Assembly: GCF_003704095.1 (NCBI RefSeq)
Contig: NW_020846901.1
Location: forward strand, 186,001-250,000
Source: Pocillopora damicornis
Lineage: Eukaryota
Direction: 5' to 3'
Length of the DNA stretch: 64,000 bases
The notes beneath the pieces were generated by a model. That model searched no databases and was not told the DNA's origin. It worked only from the letters and a program-made list of their open reading frames with translations. Positions 1-36,335 of the stretch are shown here, piece after piece; within the stretch, counting starts at the first letter, position 1, and every line of letters starts with the position of its first letter. The position numbers were made by a program, and so were the translations under genes.

Positions 1-626
1 TGTATCAAAAATATAAAGGATCGCTCTGACTCCTCTGTGAGTCAGACTACCGAAAACAATACTGTTCTGAGGGGAAAACGCTTTGGAAATTGGAAGTAAT
101 TTTTGAAAATCAATCAGCCTTTCATTCTTTTTCTAAGCACAGAACACGAAAACACCGTAGGTAACTGGAACAAACAATGATATAGCTTTGATAAAGCCCT
201 AGTGGCGCAAGTTGTTACGTGCATATCATGTCTCTGGCAATTATCATTTGAACCTTCGTTTGTCTAAGTGAAACTGTACCTTTCTGTATAATCTGAGAGC
301 TCAAAAAAGCAAATATCTTCACAATGGTCGAAACAATCAAATCTAAGTAAGACGAAGCTTGCATTAGATGTACACATGGACAAAAAAAAACATAGTTCTA
401 TGTTCACTATGAATTCTGAACGATATGAAGATGAAAATTTTCTGTGCATGTTGGTGTGCGAATCCAGCATAAAAATAATAATCCTCTTCATCTTCGAACG
501 AACGAAAGAAGTTTCATTTTCGACCAAAGACAGGTAGCAAGGCTTCATTCAAATAAACAAACTATATGCATTTAAAACATTTTACCCGAGCGTTATATGT
601 GAGAATCAGGAAATCTGCCAACTCAC

Positions 627-746
627 CTGGGCCCATGAGTCGAGAAAATCTGGCGAGCTCAAAAATACATCTTCCTGTGGGTCTAAATCTTTCTTCGCGT
701 ACAGGTGATCCAAAGAAACTGGAGAAGGAGGAGCAGTTACAACCAT
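627..746 (-). CDS. Possible first coding exon of an unidentified gene running off the left edge (MVVTAPPSPVSLDHLYAKKDLDPQEDVFLSSPDFLDSWAQ)
   Basis: ATG in AATATGG context, 40 open codons, consensus donor CAG|gtgagt; upstream acceptor tttttatcccag| at 1065; no homolog recognised. Confidence 0.4.
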
Positions 747-2436
747 ATTGTCGAAATGAGTGTCAATAGTTCAAAACCCTGCCAACATCTAAAGTTTGTA
801 CGTGGAACAAGGAGACCTTCTCTTGTTGTCAACTATGGTCTTATTTTAGGAACAGACGTCATGCAAGAAACCCTGACATGTTGGAAATGGTGACGTGGCA
901 GGGCCATGGAACCGGAAATAAACCTAGGACCAGGCCCAGCACGGTAAAGATAAACCGAGGTATTTGTGGGTTGAGATTGGTTGCTTCCTCGACTAGCGCC
1001 ATTAACCAAAGTGTGGACTCTCGACGAGTTGAACGAGGTTGATTTTCTTTGTGCGTTTTTGCGAACTGGGATAAAAATGCTAAAAAATGAACCTAAAAAT
1101 CTTGAACAAACAGACTTAGTCAATGAAAGATTTTTTAAACGCTAAAAGATAACACCAAGAATTTCAAACAAATTCACAAAACTCATAGCAGTTTCCTCGT
1201 TTCAAAGACGTATTTCACCCTTAGCTACGAAAAAACTATTTCCGCGTTACAGAGGTCAAAAAGTGTGTATTTTAGCCGTATACAAGCACACTTTTGGCAG
1301 GATCACAAAAGATAATCTTGAGCGAGTAACCAATCAGATCAAAGGATCTACTTCATCGTTCCCGCTCGCGGAGTCAGTCCGGCGAGGTTTTGATTTCTCA
1401 CCAATATCTCTCACAGGATTGATTTGCGTTGTGGACCAGCGGTTAACTCTGTGAGTGTAACTCCACGAATACATTCCTTCACATGTCAGTAAAAGGGGAG
1501 TCCAGCATTTATATGATATGATAAAGTGCAAGTGTCTGTGATTTTTTTCTTAAAAAATTTTGTATTGCAAATAATTTGGTCGTAAACCTGATCGACTAGG
1601 CCATTGCTTTCGTTGCAACTAATTTGATCCTTTCAATAAAAGCAATTATTTTCATGTAAGGTTCCACAATTTCCTCTCGATAATTTTTTGGTTCTTTTCA
1701 CTTCTTCATACACTCAGCAGTCAGAGCCATCGGCGTCACCGAATGCTTGAACTGTCAGACAAGATGACAAGATCGCAAGGCGAGATGCAAATGTACCACT
1801 CCTCACGGGGAATTCATTGTCCTCTGTGCATAGAGTAGCATGCGACTCGACTCGACTAGAAGTCAAACTTTTTCGTCTGAGCAGTCCATGAAAATCTTAG
1901 CGCGCTCTTGGCGTATTGCATGTACGGATAGACTAGCCAAAAAAGAAAAACCCTTCCTCTTAGCATAGTACAAGCTTTAAAAAATTCCGCATTGTTTAAC
2001 CCCAGAAAGGAATTTGGAGGGCAGGGTTTCAAAATTTCCGAATAAGACAAATTAAGATTAGTCTCTTTTGACTTCAGAGGAAGTGGTTGGTAGTGTCGAG
2101 AATCTTTACAAATGATTATTAATTGGGATGACTAGTACATTGAACTTCAAAGTGAAAATATTTTTTTACCGGGAATATTGTGCTCTCTTTCCGGGAGCGG
2201 CAAACGCCAAAATTTAGCACCTTGAATGTTTTGACGCGAGAGTCCAACAGCTACACAATGGGCTCATTGCAGACATGCGCACCAAATGGGTTTATGTCGT
2301 ACGTAATGGATTATCGCTGTGCTCCACTGATAAAAAGTGAGGCCTGTTGCTTTCGTAAATTCCTATATTTTTACCCATACAATAATGGAGAGATTTTCGA
2401 CCAGTCGGAGTGCGCGAAGACATGTCATTGAAAGAT

Positions 2437-2736
2437 TAGCCTGCAGAGCAGGCGTAATTTTGGCGAGCGAGTACTCAGCATTTTCTTAACGAAAATGATG
2501 GCCTCATCTTTGGTTTTAGTAGCAGCGCAAGGCTGAGGAGAGAAAGAACTTTGTACTAAGAAGGCAGTCGACGGTCAAAAATAAGGAGAGGGGGACTAAA
2601 GATTCTTCTCGCCCTTCCCCCGCCCCCTACCCCCACCGTCCACTCTTATTCCAAGTCAAATATGGCCGGTCGGATAAACGATCGCAAGCTTATAACGTTC
2701 GCTCGCGAAAAAAAGAGACGCCTGCACTGCAGGCTA
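2437..2736. mobile_element. MITE with TIRs and a 9-bp target-site duplication
   Basis: TIRs TAGCCTGCAGAGCAGGCGT / ACGCCTGCACTGCAGGCTA, flanked by TTGAAAGAT at 2428-2436 and 2737-2745; related partial copy at ~43080-43223. Confidence 0.8.
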
Positions 2737-3214
2737 TTGAAAGATATAAACTATATTGCACGCCATACAAAACAAACCCCTTTTAATACCTCTGGGCGCA
2801 CGTTTTGTTTTCAAAACTGTACAACTACAGTAAATCTTTTTTACACTTTGATGCAAAATATGTTAAAATACGATCTACCTTCGGTACAAAACTTCTACAA
2901 GATATTGCGCATACCAGCTTCTCTTGCACAGCAGAGAAACAAGAAAAGAGATTTTCAATTTGACTTCTTTCGTAAAGTGGAACTTTACTCTAAGGGAGAC
3001 AAGATGTGAGGGCTTTTTACTAGGAGTATTTACATACTTTTTACAACTCCACAGTCAACGAACATATAATCGATGTTAATTTAGAAAATAAATAAACTTA
3101 ATAAATGAAAAATATGGCGACTTTGAAATGTTCTTGGATTTCTATTTTTGGTAGTTAACAGAATCAGGAATGTAGTGATAAAAAGGTGATTAAAACTTTG
3201 CTTGTCAGAAGCTG

Positions 3215-26444
<23,230 letters not shown>

Positions 26445-27136
26445 TTAGTTCGCTGTGGAATAGTCGAAGCAGCTTTGTCCAGTAAACTCGCTTCAAAGAC
26501 ACCGCTTGATTCGAGGGCTGTACCCATGTTAGAAAATGGGGGCTGAGATTGGCAAAGAACTAAAGGAGAACGAAAAGCCTCCGAAAACCGTTTAAAATGG
26601 AAAGCAAGATCTATTCGAAGAGAGAAGGGTCACAAGACTAATCTCTTAACCACGTGTTTCGATGTGAAAGAAACCACGGCTGAAAGGAACCAAAATCGTT
26701 CAAAAAGGGGGTAATGGGGCCAGGGAATACCCATGCGATGCGTCGACCATCGAAGAAGCGAAAATACATCGAAATCAAACATTCGGCAAGAAAGCTAAAA
26801 CTACAGGCAACAACAGATGTTTCCTTGTCACATACCGCGTGCTTCACGAATGAAGGAATCCACAGAAAGAAATCGGGAACTGTAAAGGCGATTTCCCCCC
26901 ACAAAAAGGCGTCGATAAAGGCTTGAAGAAGCAGAAAAATATGGCTACCAAACCCTTCGAACGAAGAATGAACTAAAAAGCCCAACAAAATTACGGCAAA
27001 TCCATGCCACTTCAGGGCCCCTCTACACTACCAGGACTTGACTTAAACAACACAGAAACTTGATAGAGTAAAACATTTATATAAAAACGTCATCAACAGC
27101 GCAAAAATAAGAATTTATCACGAGCAAATGGCTTAC

Positions 27137-27300
27137 TTTGTTCCCTCTCTGACTCCATCTTGGTAAACGTGCCGCTCCCTTCTCGCTGCTGGTCTTTGTC
27201 TGGTGACGCAATGCACTCTGGGCTGCTATCCATTTGCGCATGTCCTGAGGAGTCAAGTATCTCCTCAGCCAATCACGTAAAGGGTTTCTGTTATTGTTCC
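27137..27300 (-). promoter_or_regulatory. Putative CHD1 promoter and distal first exon
   Basis: CpG-rich; CCAAT box (agccaatca ~27268); TGCGCATG element; strong donor AA|gtaagc after 27137; open frame MDSSPECIASPDKDQQREGSGTFTKMESEREQ from 27233. Confidence 0.55.
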
Positions 27301-27515
27301 CATTTTCATTTCGACCCGTCTGTCCATTTTCAGTATTTCGTATTCTCATTTTACAAAAACAGAGGCCTTCAGGTCAGCTATCGGTCTATTCCTTGTCAAG
27401 GGTTAAAACGTATATGTAGAAAAAAAATTGATGACGAAGAAATTATTTTTCACTTGTCGAATGCTGAGTACTTCTCTTTTGTACTGCTGTACTGTTCACG
27501 ATAAATATTCATTTT

Positions 27516-27689
27516 TAGAGCGCTGCACCGGTATCGCAGAGGTCGTGGGTTGAAATCCCGTAGGGGCCTAAATTTTTTTCAGGTCCTATTTTCAACTACT
27601 AGCTCAGTAGTGTTCTTAGCTGCGATGATCTCTTAGATTCGTTTCTTCACCGCAGTGCAAATATATGAATTTCATATATCTAAAATCAT
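27516..27689 (+). mobile_element. 5'-truncated tRNA-derived SINE
   Basis: tRNA-like head with a B-box-like GGTTGAAATCC; AT-rich tail; flanked by TATTCATTTT at 27506-27515 and 27690-27699 (possible TSD). Confidence 0.65.
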
Positions 27690-28354
27690 TATTCATTTTC
27701 TTTCTGGGGGAAAATACCATCTGGATGAAATTACACGCTAAAGCTCACAAGAACTTGTACTTAAACTCTTTGATAATGTCGTCACTGAATAATAGATGAA
27801 TATCTCAGTGAAGTCAGGAGCTCATTACTTGGCCTCCTGGTGCAGTACAGAGCACAGGGGACCACAGGCTTTAGTGGATTCAGTGGATGGTGATGGTTAA
27901 TTTCATGAGGAAAAGTTTTATGATGGGGAGCAGTTTCTGATGGCTACTGAATCTGTAATAAATTGTTTGAAAGGGTTTAATGGCTAATCCATTCTGATGT
28001 TTTTATGAGTTGTTCAAAAGAAACATTGGTCTTAGTCATTAACAAAAACACCTCATCAGTCAGAGGAATCCGACAAAAACATGTTTTAGAACTATTGCCC
28101 CAATGGCCTCGCTCACGACCTACAACCGAAAGATTATAATCTCTTACCTATAACCTATAAAACCAAATTCAAATTAAATCAGGAAGTTGAACGTGATTCA
28201 CCTCAGCTGAAAAATTGACATCGCCCGAGAATGTAAGGGAAACGCTGTTGGCGACATTTGTCAAAGCCTGGGTCACATTTGCAACGTAGGGACAAAACGA
28301 TGTAACAACTTAGACATGAGGACATACAAAGAAAGAAAAAAAATCCTGATTTAT

Positions 28355-28454
28355 NNNNNNNNNNNNNNNNNNNNNNNNNNNNNNNNNNNNNNNNNNNNNN
28401 NNNNNNNNNNNNNNNNNNNNNNNNNNNNNNNNNNNNNNNNNNNNNNNNNNNNNN
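28355..28454. other. Assembly gap (100 N)
   Basis: N run; identical 100-N runs at 33151-33250 and 37415-37514. Confidence 1.
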
Positions 28455-30027
28455 AATAAATTTTTCCCTTTTTTCTTTTTAGCGGTTTCGGTTTAAGGTA
28501 TACCATCGTAGTGTGATGGGTTTATTTTACAAATTTCAGGCCAGTTTTAGAAAAAAAAACGGTTTCACTCAAATTTCAGCCGGCGAACGAAGTGAAAGTG
28601 TGAGTGGTCTGTGAGGGGTCTGGTACCAAGTAATGCCTAAAACCTTTGCGGACCTCTCGCGAACTCATAGGCACCGCAGACTTTATAAGCGCGGGCCTCT
28701 CAGCTCCAATAAGGGCTTGCTAGCATAGTACTCAAATTTATGTTTAGAAAATTAGCAGCCCAAGACTTCACGGTCACATCTTGCTAGACAGCATTTGCCG
28801 AATTTAAGCTAATTGTGACTTACTTTCAGATCGAGCCATATACTAATCGAAATCACTTCACATCGTCTAGCATGTGTTACGGTATAATTTAGCCGACAGA
28901 AAGAAGACTACACTCCTACAAGCCCAACTACTTTGTCGAACAACGTACAATATTCTTAGTAAAGAGCGTGGATTCCTAAAGGCAGTAACGTAATCATCCT
29001 CAATAAACTTACTTAAGCCCACTACAAACTATAACTTAGCTCACCACTGACACAAACTCAGTTGTCTTCAAATCTCCCTGAAACGAAAAATCTTCCACAC
29101 TAGCTTTCCTTTTCGGTATAGCTTTCAAACAATAACAACTATTTTGGTAGTATTAATTCATGACTACGTGACCTAACAGAATGTTCTAGAAGGTTCCATG
29201 GTATGCATGTTGGAATGACTCGACATTCTAAAAATTTCTAAATAATTTTTTACAGTAATTATCATATCCATATTACTACAACACTACAATGTTTTGTCTA
29301 CCCCTAAACTGAATGATCTTCTTGATTCCGATTATGTCATACTTGAGTCATCATACGTCATTTTACGCGGAGCCTATGATGACGACGATCAAAACATTAT
29401 TGAACTACACGCGCTGCTCAATGGCTTACTCAGTTAGAACTTCTCTCATAATTAATTCTTTTTTCCCCTGGCTTCTCCTTGTTGATTTCTCAGCTCTTAA
29501 TTTTCCAATAAGAAAACTTGTATCTGCGACGTCAAGGGTGTACATGAGTCTTTTCGCCTCGAATTATTACGACGTTTTTAGTGTCACGGAATGAAGCTCA
29601 GAACTTGCCCTCCTGAGGAAGCCTGCCATCACGGACAATCTTCTTCTGTCAGTCCCTCCAGTCTAGGGAATCTTGAGGTTATTAAAAAAGAACAAAGATC
29701 ATTAGATAAGACGGTGCTTCCATGGATGAAAAGAAGTGGTCTGCCAAAAGTTTGTAAGACCAACCTTTGAACATGCTTTCTCAAAGAATGCCACGTAAAC
29801 TAATTCATTTATTTCGAGATATAAATCTCAAGGGTGTAAGTTGAAAAGCTTTTTACGAACTGATCGACTACCATAAGAGAACTTCAGGCCTCATTGTCAC
29901 AGGAGTTAAAATCTTAAATGAGTCCTTAGCGTCGGTGGGCTTTCAGTTAGAAGTAAGTCAGTGTTTCCTGAGAGGTTATGATGGGGTCCAACACTTACTG
30001 GGTATATATGAGCGAAGGCCGCTACCG

Positions 30028-30230
30028 CCGTCACCATCACCATTAGAGTCAACATCATCGTCATCGTCATCGTCTTCATAATCGTCATCATCTTCATCAT
30101 CGTCGTCGTTGTCATCACCACCATCATCATCCTCGTCGTCGACATCACCATCGTCAATATCATCATCGTCATCACTATTATCGTCCCCTCCGTCATCACC
30201 GGCAGCATTATCCCCACCACCACCATCATA
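30028..30230 (-). repeat. Degenerate (GAT/GAC)n trinucleotide tract, poly-Asp in one frame
   Basis: tca/tcg repeats on the plus strand. Confidence 0.85.
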
Positions 30231-32410
30231 ACCCTCCCAAACAATCGCTATTACCTCTATAATCAACGCATTGTTCATCTCCGCGATAACGATAATGACA
30301 ATCATCTTTTTCCTCTTGGTTGTACCGCCAAAGCTTATATGCAGTCTTCGTAGACTTCAGATAATCATGACAACCCTCTAAAAGATCGGAAGGAGATAAA
30401 AAATGCTGATCGCAAGCTGAAGCCTTGATGTCCTCAAAGGAAAAGGTCACTCGAAAAATCGCATATTTTTCGTAATCACCAGTTAATGGTTTACACTTAG
30501 CCATCGCTTTATTAGCTTCCAGAGTTGGTCCTATCCTAGTGAAAATCCACTTCAAAGTGGTCAATGCGCGCTGCCATTTTGAATAGCTAATAAGCTTAGC
30601 CGGTGACGTCAAACCGTCCAACATTTTATCGATCGTGGTCATGGCGACTCATAAACCGTATCGTCTCAAGCCAAAACGAGCTCAAAATCTGGACAAAAAC
30701 AGTGACGGAGATGGTAAAACAGTAATATTCTTGAAACCATGGACAGCTGTTCTTGTGTATTTTTTCTCTATGTTTATTTTGTTGCTTGGCAAAACGATAC
30801 GAAAGGTAAACACCCGAAAAGCGTGGGGGGTGATAAAGTGATAGACGGTTTAACGTCACTAATTAGCTTTTCAAAGGGCGCCGTCATGCAGATATTAAAA
30901 TTTTTGGAATTCCTGTGGTGGTTGAATGACGTCTGTGACTCCTTTGTGGTTATTCTGAAAATAGTCGTCTTAAGCCTTTCGTCGTTTTCTCTAATAAAAA
31001 GGTACTCACCTGATTAATTTTCTTGTAACAACCCGAGTTAGCTTTCATACTGCCAATTGTATGTCACAATATAACATTTAAACGCAGAGTAGGAATAAGA
31101 ACGATCGCGTGATCATCGCCGAAAACAGAGACGTAAATTGGGACCCCCAGATTGAGCTCCGCCTATTTAAATAAGCATGTCTAGACCATTTCCGGGGTGT
31201 GAGATGTCCAACTGCGTCTTTATAACGTGTACTTTGACCAGTGCAGAAGACATTCGGTTACAGAACCACTTTATTAGGAAACTATTTTACTAGTCATGAG
31301 AGTAGATGTCAATGAATCCTAAATTTAACGAGGTTTAGTCGTGATCATGCCATCATGGATTGTTCTCGACTACTGACGATATCAACATTTTTTTCAAATG
31401 CCTGTCATTCCACATGCCGCTGACACCAGTTTACATTTTAACGACAAAAAGTGTTGGAAAGTAAAACTGATTTTGTCTTCTCGAGAACAAAATCACTTCC
31501 TTTTTCGCTGAGATTTCATCTTTAATAAAAATCAACCCTTCCTACTGCAAACTTTTGGCCAATTCAATCTCGTGACTTAGAAAGCGGAAACAAATACAAA
31601 AGTGATTGCAAATCATTTTACCAGTAAGAAATTTTCAAATGGTATCCTCCTTAGAGAATGAAATATTTGTAAACAGAATGATTATGAACCTGTTAGTAAT
31701 GTTAGACGAAGGCAACATACGAATTAAATGCAATCGCGTGATTTCTTTTTGCAATCAACTCTCTCGCCACAATCAACAGCGTGGGTCACTAATTACGACG
31801 CCAAGTTGTTATCATTCATTGCAACGCTTCATTGTTTGAGTCGTTTCAGGCAGAATATACACAATATTTAGGTAATTACTAAAAAGCTGTTAGATTATCG
31901 GATTCTTGTTATGAGATTTTTCACACTTACCTAGAGCACAACTTTGCCTTGTGCAAGAAGTTACCTTGAGACTTCACGGTTGCTTGAAGCCGTCTAAAAT
32001 ATTCATGGTTGTCGGGTCGAGGTCGACTTCAACCTTGCCGTGTCAAGATCAAAACGAAATATCTGGACTTTTTACTGATTTGCTATCCGTTTTATTGGGC
32101 TCCTAATTATCTATTTATTTGTTTTCCTATCATTTTTTTTGCAAGATTTTAGTTTTTCATTCAGCACGGTTCAGTACGTAATTAATGTAGGCTTCTTGGA
32201 TAAATAAAGGGAGATCAAAGCGAAAAGTAGCAAAATTTAGGAAGAAACCAAAGAAATGAATGGCACCTCTTTGCATTTTCTGTTTCAGGTTCCTTAAATA
32301 ACAAAGCTGTCCTAAAAATGATGCTGTCGGCCAGCCGACGATAAAGCAAACTTATTTATCTTTATGGTTAAAGTTTTTCCTTCGAAATTGACCTTTGTGC
32401 TCACCAAGAA

Positions 32411-32974
32411 ATGCAAGTGCCTGCTTCGAAACTAACCCTAGTGAAGTGGAAGAACTATCTTGCAGCGTTCGAGGGTGACAGTCAGAAAGTCTTTGCGGTC
32501 GAACGTTCCACCTACGTCAAGAAATCCAAAGCAATTTACAGCTCTTTCCGAAAGATGAACTCAAAAGCCAGGGCCCAGTACCGAGACACGTTTTCAATGG
32601 TAAACTGGAAAGCTCTTAATACAGCGCAGAAGAAACAGCACACACTGTCAAATTGTGGAGGTTGTCAAGTGCACTATTATGCCATCCATAATTTTTTCCC
32701 TAGTGGAGAAACTTTCAAAACCCGAAAACTATTAAAAGAGGCCCTTATTGAAAGTGGGGTGAAGACACAAAGTAAAGTGAATCCAACGCAAAAAGCCATT
32801 AAAACTGCTGTAAAACACATTTATTCAAAAGTGAATGGCCACTTTGAGAAAATATTTAAAATAAGCTTTGCTGAAGCACAAACAAAAGTGAAGGAACTTC
32901 AGCTCCAAAAAAAGAAAGACGCAATTGAGAAAAAGCGGCAGCGTCGAGGGAGAGCACGCCAAGAAAAAAAATAA
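32411..32974 (+). CDS. Orphan 187-aa basic ORF, probably transposon-derived
   Basis: Intact ORF with ATG; FSMVNWKALNTAQKKQHTLSNCGGC (H-x4-C-x2-C); absent from the duplicated block at ~41.1 kb, so likely an insertion. Confidence 0.4.
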   Translation: MQVPASKLTLVKWKNYLAAFEGDSQKVFAVERSTYVKKSKAIYSSFRKMNSKARAQYRDTFSMVNWKALNTAQKKQHTLSNCGGCQVHYYAIHNFFPSGETFKTRKLLKEALIESGVKTQSKVNPTQKAIKTAVKHIYSKVNGHFEKIFKISFAEAQTKVKELQLQKKKDAIEKKRQRRGRARQEKK

Positions 32975-34339
32975 AATCCAAAGCTAATGTCTAGTCTATC
33001 TGGAGGAGGAGTAATGTTTCAAGTTACTTTGCAGTAATTTGCATGCCAAACAATGAGATCAACAGTCTTCACCTTTACTTGTGTTGCAATCTAGCTTTTA
33101 TTTAAGCACACTCTCTATAATATATTTGCCTTCATTTTCCAGTTTTTTAANNNNNNNNNNNNNNNNNNNNNNNNNNNNNNNNNNNNNNNNNNNNNNNNNN
33201 NNNNNNNNNNNNNNNNNNNNNNNNNNNNNNNNNNNNNNNNNNNNNNNNNNGACAAGACAATCTGCATCTTACATGTCAGCAATTAAACTTACCTAACAAC
33301 TGCTGTGGGGGATTACGTTTGTCAATAAATTCATCTGCTTCTTGGAGAAATTGTTTCCAAAGCATTCAAAAGCCTAAATTTTGATAAACACCATAAGTTT
33401 ACACATCATGATGTGATAGAGGATTTATCAAGCTAAATTTAATTTCAAAATTGAATGGTATATCCACAATGAAACTTTTTTCTATGCATTTGTTACAAAA
33501 CATAGTACTTTTTTCTATGCAAAAGTTACAAACATTGTAAAACGCTATTGAGCTCTAGAAATGAGCGCTATATTATAAATTCATGTTGCATTGTATTTGC
33601 AGTGAAATCAATGAACATGTTGAGAGCGGTGTTTAGAAGTCTTCGTAGGTTCAAAAGGGTTCTCTTTGGCTTTAAGATAGCGACATCATGCCATTTTTTG
33701 AGGAAATGAAGATAGCAAAGAAAATGTTATTACCTTCTTTTGATGTCTTCCTCTAGATTGTCGGATTCACCAGCGAAGATGGGAAAAACCAATACAAAGC
33801 CGACACTTCAAAATGGCGGATGCCGTCACGAACTACGCGATCTTGATTCCAAGTAACTATGGTTACTCGCGCAGTCCACGCGAATTCCGCGAACCTTGCT
33901 GGGGGGGCACTGGAGGCGAAAATAATTTTTGACCCAGGCCTTAATTAATCTGAGCGGTGGAGCTCGTTTGTCTGCAAAGCAGACAACGATGAGACAATGA
34001 TGACGATGTAAAGTTGGTGTAGCAGAGCAACAGCGTGGGCAGTAATGACACAAGGTCTATATCACCGGCAAAAAGTGAATTTAAGTTAACGTACAGCCAC
34101 GTACAGCTTTTTCTTCTCTGTTCGGCCTCAATCGGCCTTTCTAAAACTTACATGATGGCTTGGATACCATGTTAGAAATGCCATGTTTATGAACCTGATA
34201 AAGAGGAAACAGCTGTCTATGGCTGGTAAATGACTTGTTAGCTGAGATAAAATGTTTGATTACAAATAAGATATGCGACCAAAATCGTCGATAATACCCC
34301 TCCTCTTCCTCCCATCCGTTTGGTCTATGGGTAAAATGG

Positions 34340-36335
34340 CTCTACATCTGTTATACAAACATAAAATTGGGTATTACAATAAAATTAAAGAAAAAAAATG
34401 CTATAAATCACGATTACTTTTAAGGTTTATAGTTTCGCTGGAACGCGAAGGCTTTCCAAAGAAAGAATCCGATAGAATTAACACACAAGATTCTCTTTTG
34501 ATTACGTCTAATTGTTTTCTCACAGAAGTCACATTGACCGATGTTGTTTTCACTGAGCGGGTAAAATACAATGTCATTAAAGTCTAAGGGTGATAGAACT
34601 AACGATTCAGCAAGATGCTTTCTTAGCTTATAATTAGTAAAGTTCTTGATTTTTTTTAAGCGTGGCTAAGGTACCATAACATGAAGCAGCTAAATGTTTA
34701 ATGTGGTCGTCCCATTTGAGGTTACAGTGGATGATAACCCCGAGCAACTTTGTAGATTTGACTCGCTCAAGAGAGTTGTCTCCCACAGTGACTCACTCAG
34801 ATCGCGCACTTAATCCGATTAAGTGCGCAATCTGCTAATTTGTGATGTGATGACATTTGCTGGGCGGAAAGAACCATGAATTTGGTCTTATTAGGGTTCA
34901 AGGCAAGGTTGGAGTCCTTAGACCATGATCCAAGTTTGGTAAGGGATTCGTTTAAATCGCACGTCGGTGATTCCAATTCCCTTACTGCACAGTGGGTGTA
35001 GAGGGATGTGTCATCAGCGTACTGACAACAAGACGTGGATAGATCGAGGTTGTCTCGAAGGTCTGATACATATAAATTGAAGATCATCGGCCCAAGGATC
35101 GATCCTTAAGGTGTTCCAAACTGTGACAGTTTGCGGTGTGATTTAGTGTCATCAATTTGTACGAATTGTGTTCGACCAGATAAATAGCTAAGGCGCCATT
35201 TTAAATAGTTTTTGGAGAAGCCGAGTTTGTAGAATTTCTTCAGCGTCGTCTTGAAACAAACCGTATCAAAAGCCTTAGAAAAATCGGCGAGAACCATCAA
35301 GGTGACCTCTTTACTTTTCGTAGCGCGCTTTATATCATCTCTTATTCCAAGAAGGGCAGTAGTAGTAGAATGCCCTTTACGGAAACTGGAAATGTTATCA
35401 CGAAGAAGAGAGGCGCTATTTGCGAATTCGGACAGCTGCCAGCCGACCAACCTTTCGAACACCCTAGGCAACACCGGTAATATCGAGATTGGTCGTAGTT
35501 CGTCATTGGTACTCGGGTTGTCTACCTTGGGTATGGGCGACACTCTGGCGATCTTCCAAAGCTTTGGGAAGTATGCTTCAGTTATACAACTGTTAATGAT
35601 CCTAGTAAGGGGGCCCGCCAAGCGGTCAGCCGCTAGCTTTATGAATGTAGTTGGAATCTGATCAGCTCCTGTGGAACGATCGGACCTTAAGGTTTTAAAG
35701 TTTTTCATAACCCATATGTGTTTAGACCGCGGTTGAAAGCGGGGAAAACGGACATTGATGTAACGTAGATGGCGACGTGATCACTCATTAGGAACAAGGT
35801 ACTATACCTGTGTCCGTAACCTTTTGTGGGTAGTTTGTGATGAGGTGATCTAGAAGAGTTTTCGTTGTCTTTGTAATTCTAGTTGGATGCGTCACTACTT
35901 GCGCTAATCCAAAGACTTCAAGGATGGTCTGGTACCTTTTTGTAAGGTAGCGGAGAGGACTAAGCATGTCGATATTGACATCACTAGTAAGGATTAGCAT
36001 GCCATCCCATGACACTGTGAGATGACCTAGCAAACTCTCGAGGCTATCTAACCGGCTAGATGGATTTAGAATACGTTGAGAATTATAAATCACGCCCACC
36101 AAGCTTTGCTGTACATGTTTCGGCCGGGAATCTCTAACCAGAGGTGTTTCATCTCTGGACAGGAGTTCTCTATGTCACGTCGGCGCTTATATTTTATATT
36201 GTCTTTGATGTAGGCGCCAACACCTCCTCCTTTTAAGCCTTGCCTATTTCTAAACTCGGTTGTAAAGCCAGGTACCGATACGTATTGCAGCAATTGTGGC
36301 TGGTATCTTAACCAGGTTTCACTAAGGGCGATAAT
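34340..36335 (-). pseudogene. Degenerate CR1/L2-like non-LTR retrotransposon ORF2 (APE endonuclease plus reverse transcriptase)
   Basis: Motifs IIALSETWL, GGGVGAYIKD, T.LDHLITN, RPISILP, DFSKAFD, GTP*GSILGP (stop in place of Q at 35108-35106), QYADDT; frameshifts and an internal deletion. Confidence 0.9.

Noticed and set aside
3085-3110. AATAAA hexamers near the CHD1 stop
   Set aside because: On the plus strand, the wrong orientation for CHD1 polyadenylation, and no plus-strand gene is evident
27516-27570. tRNA gene
   Set aside because: No complete cloverleaf; it is the truncated head of a SINE
29906-30244. Met/Thr-rich ORF
   Set aside because: Alternative frame of the GAT/GAC repeat
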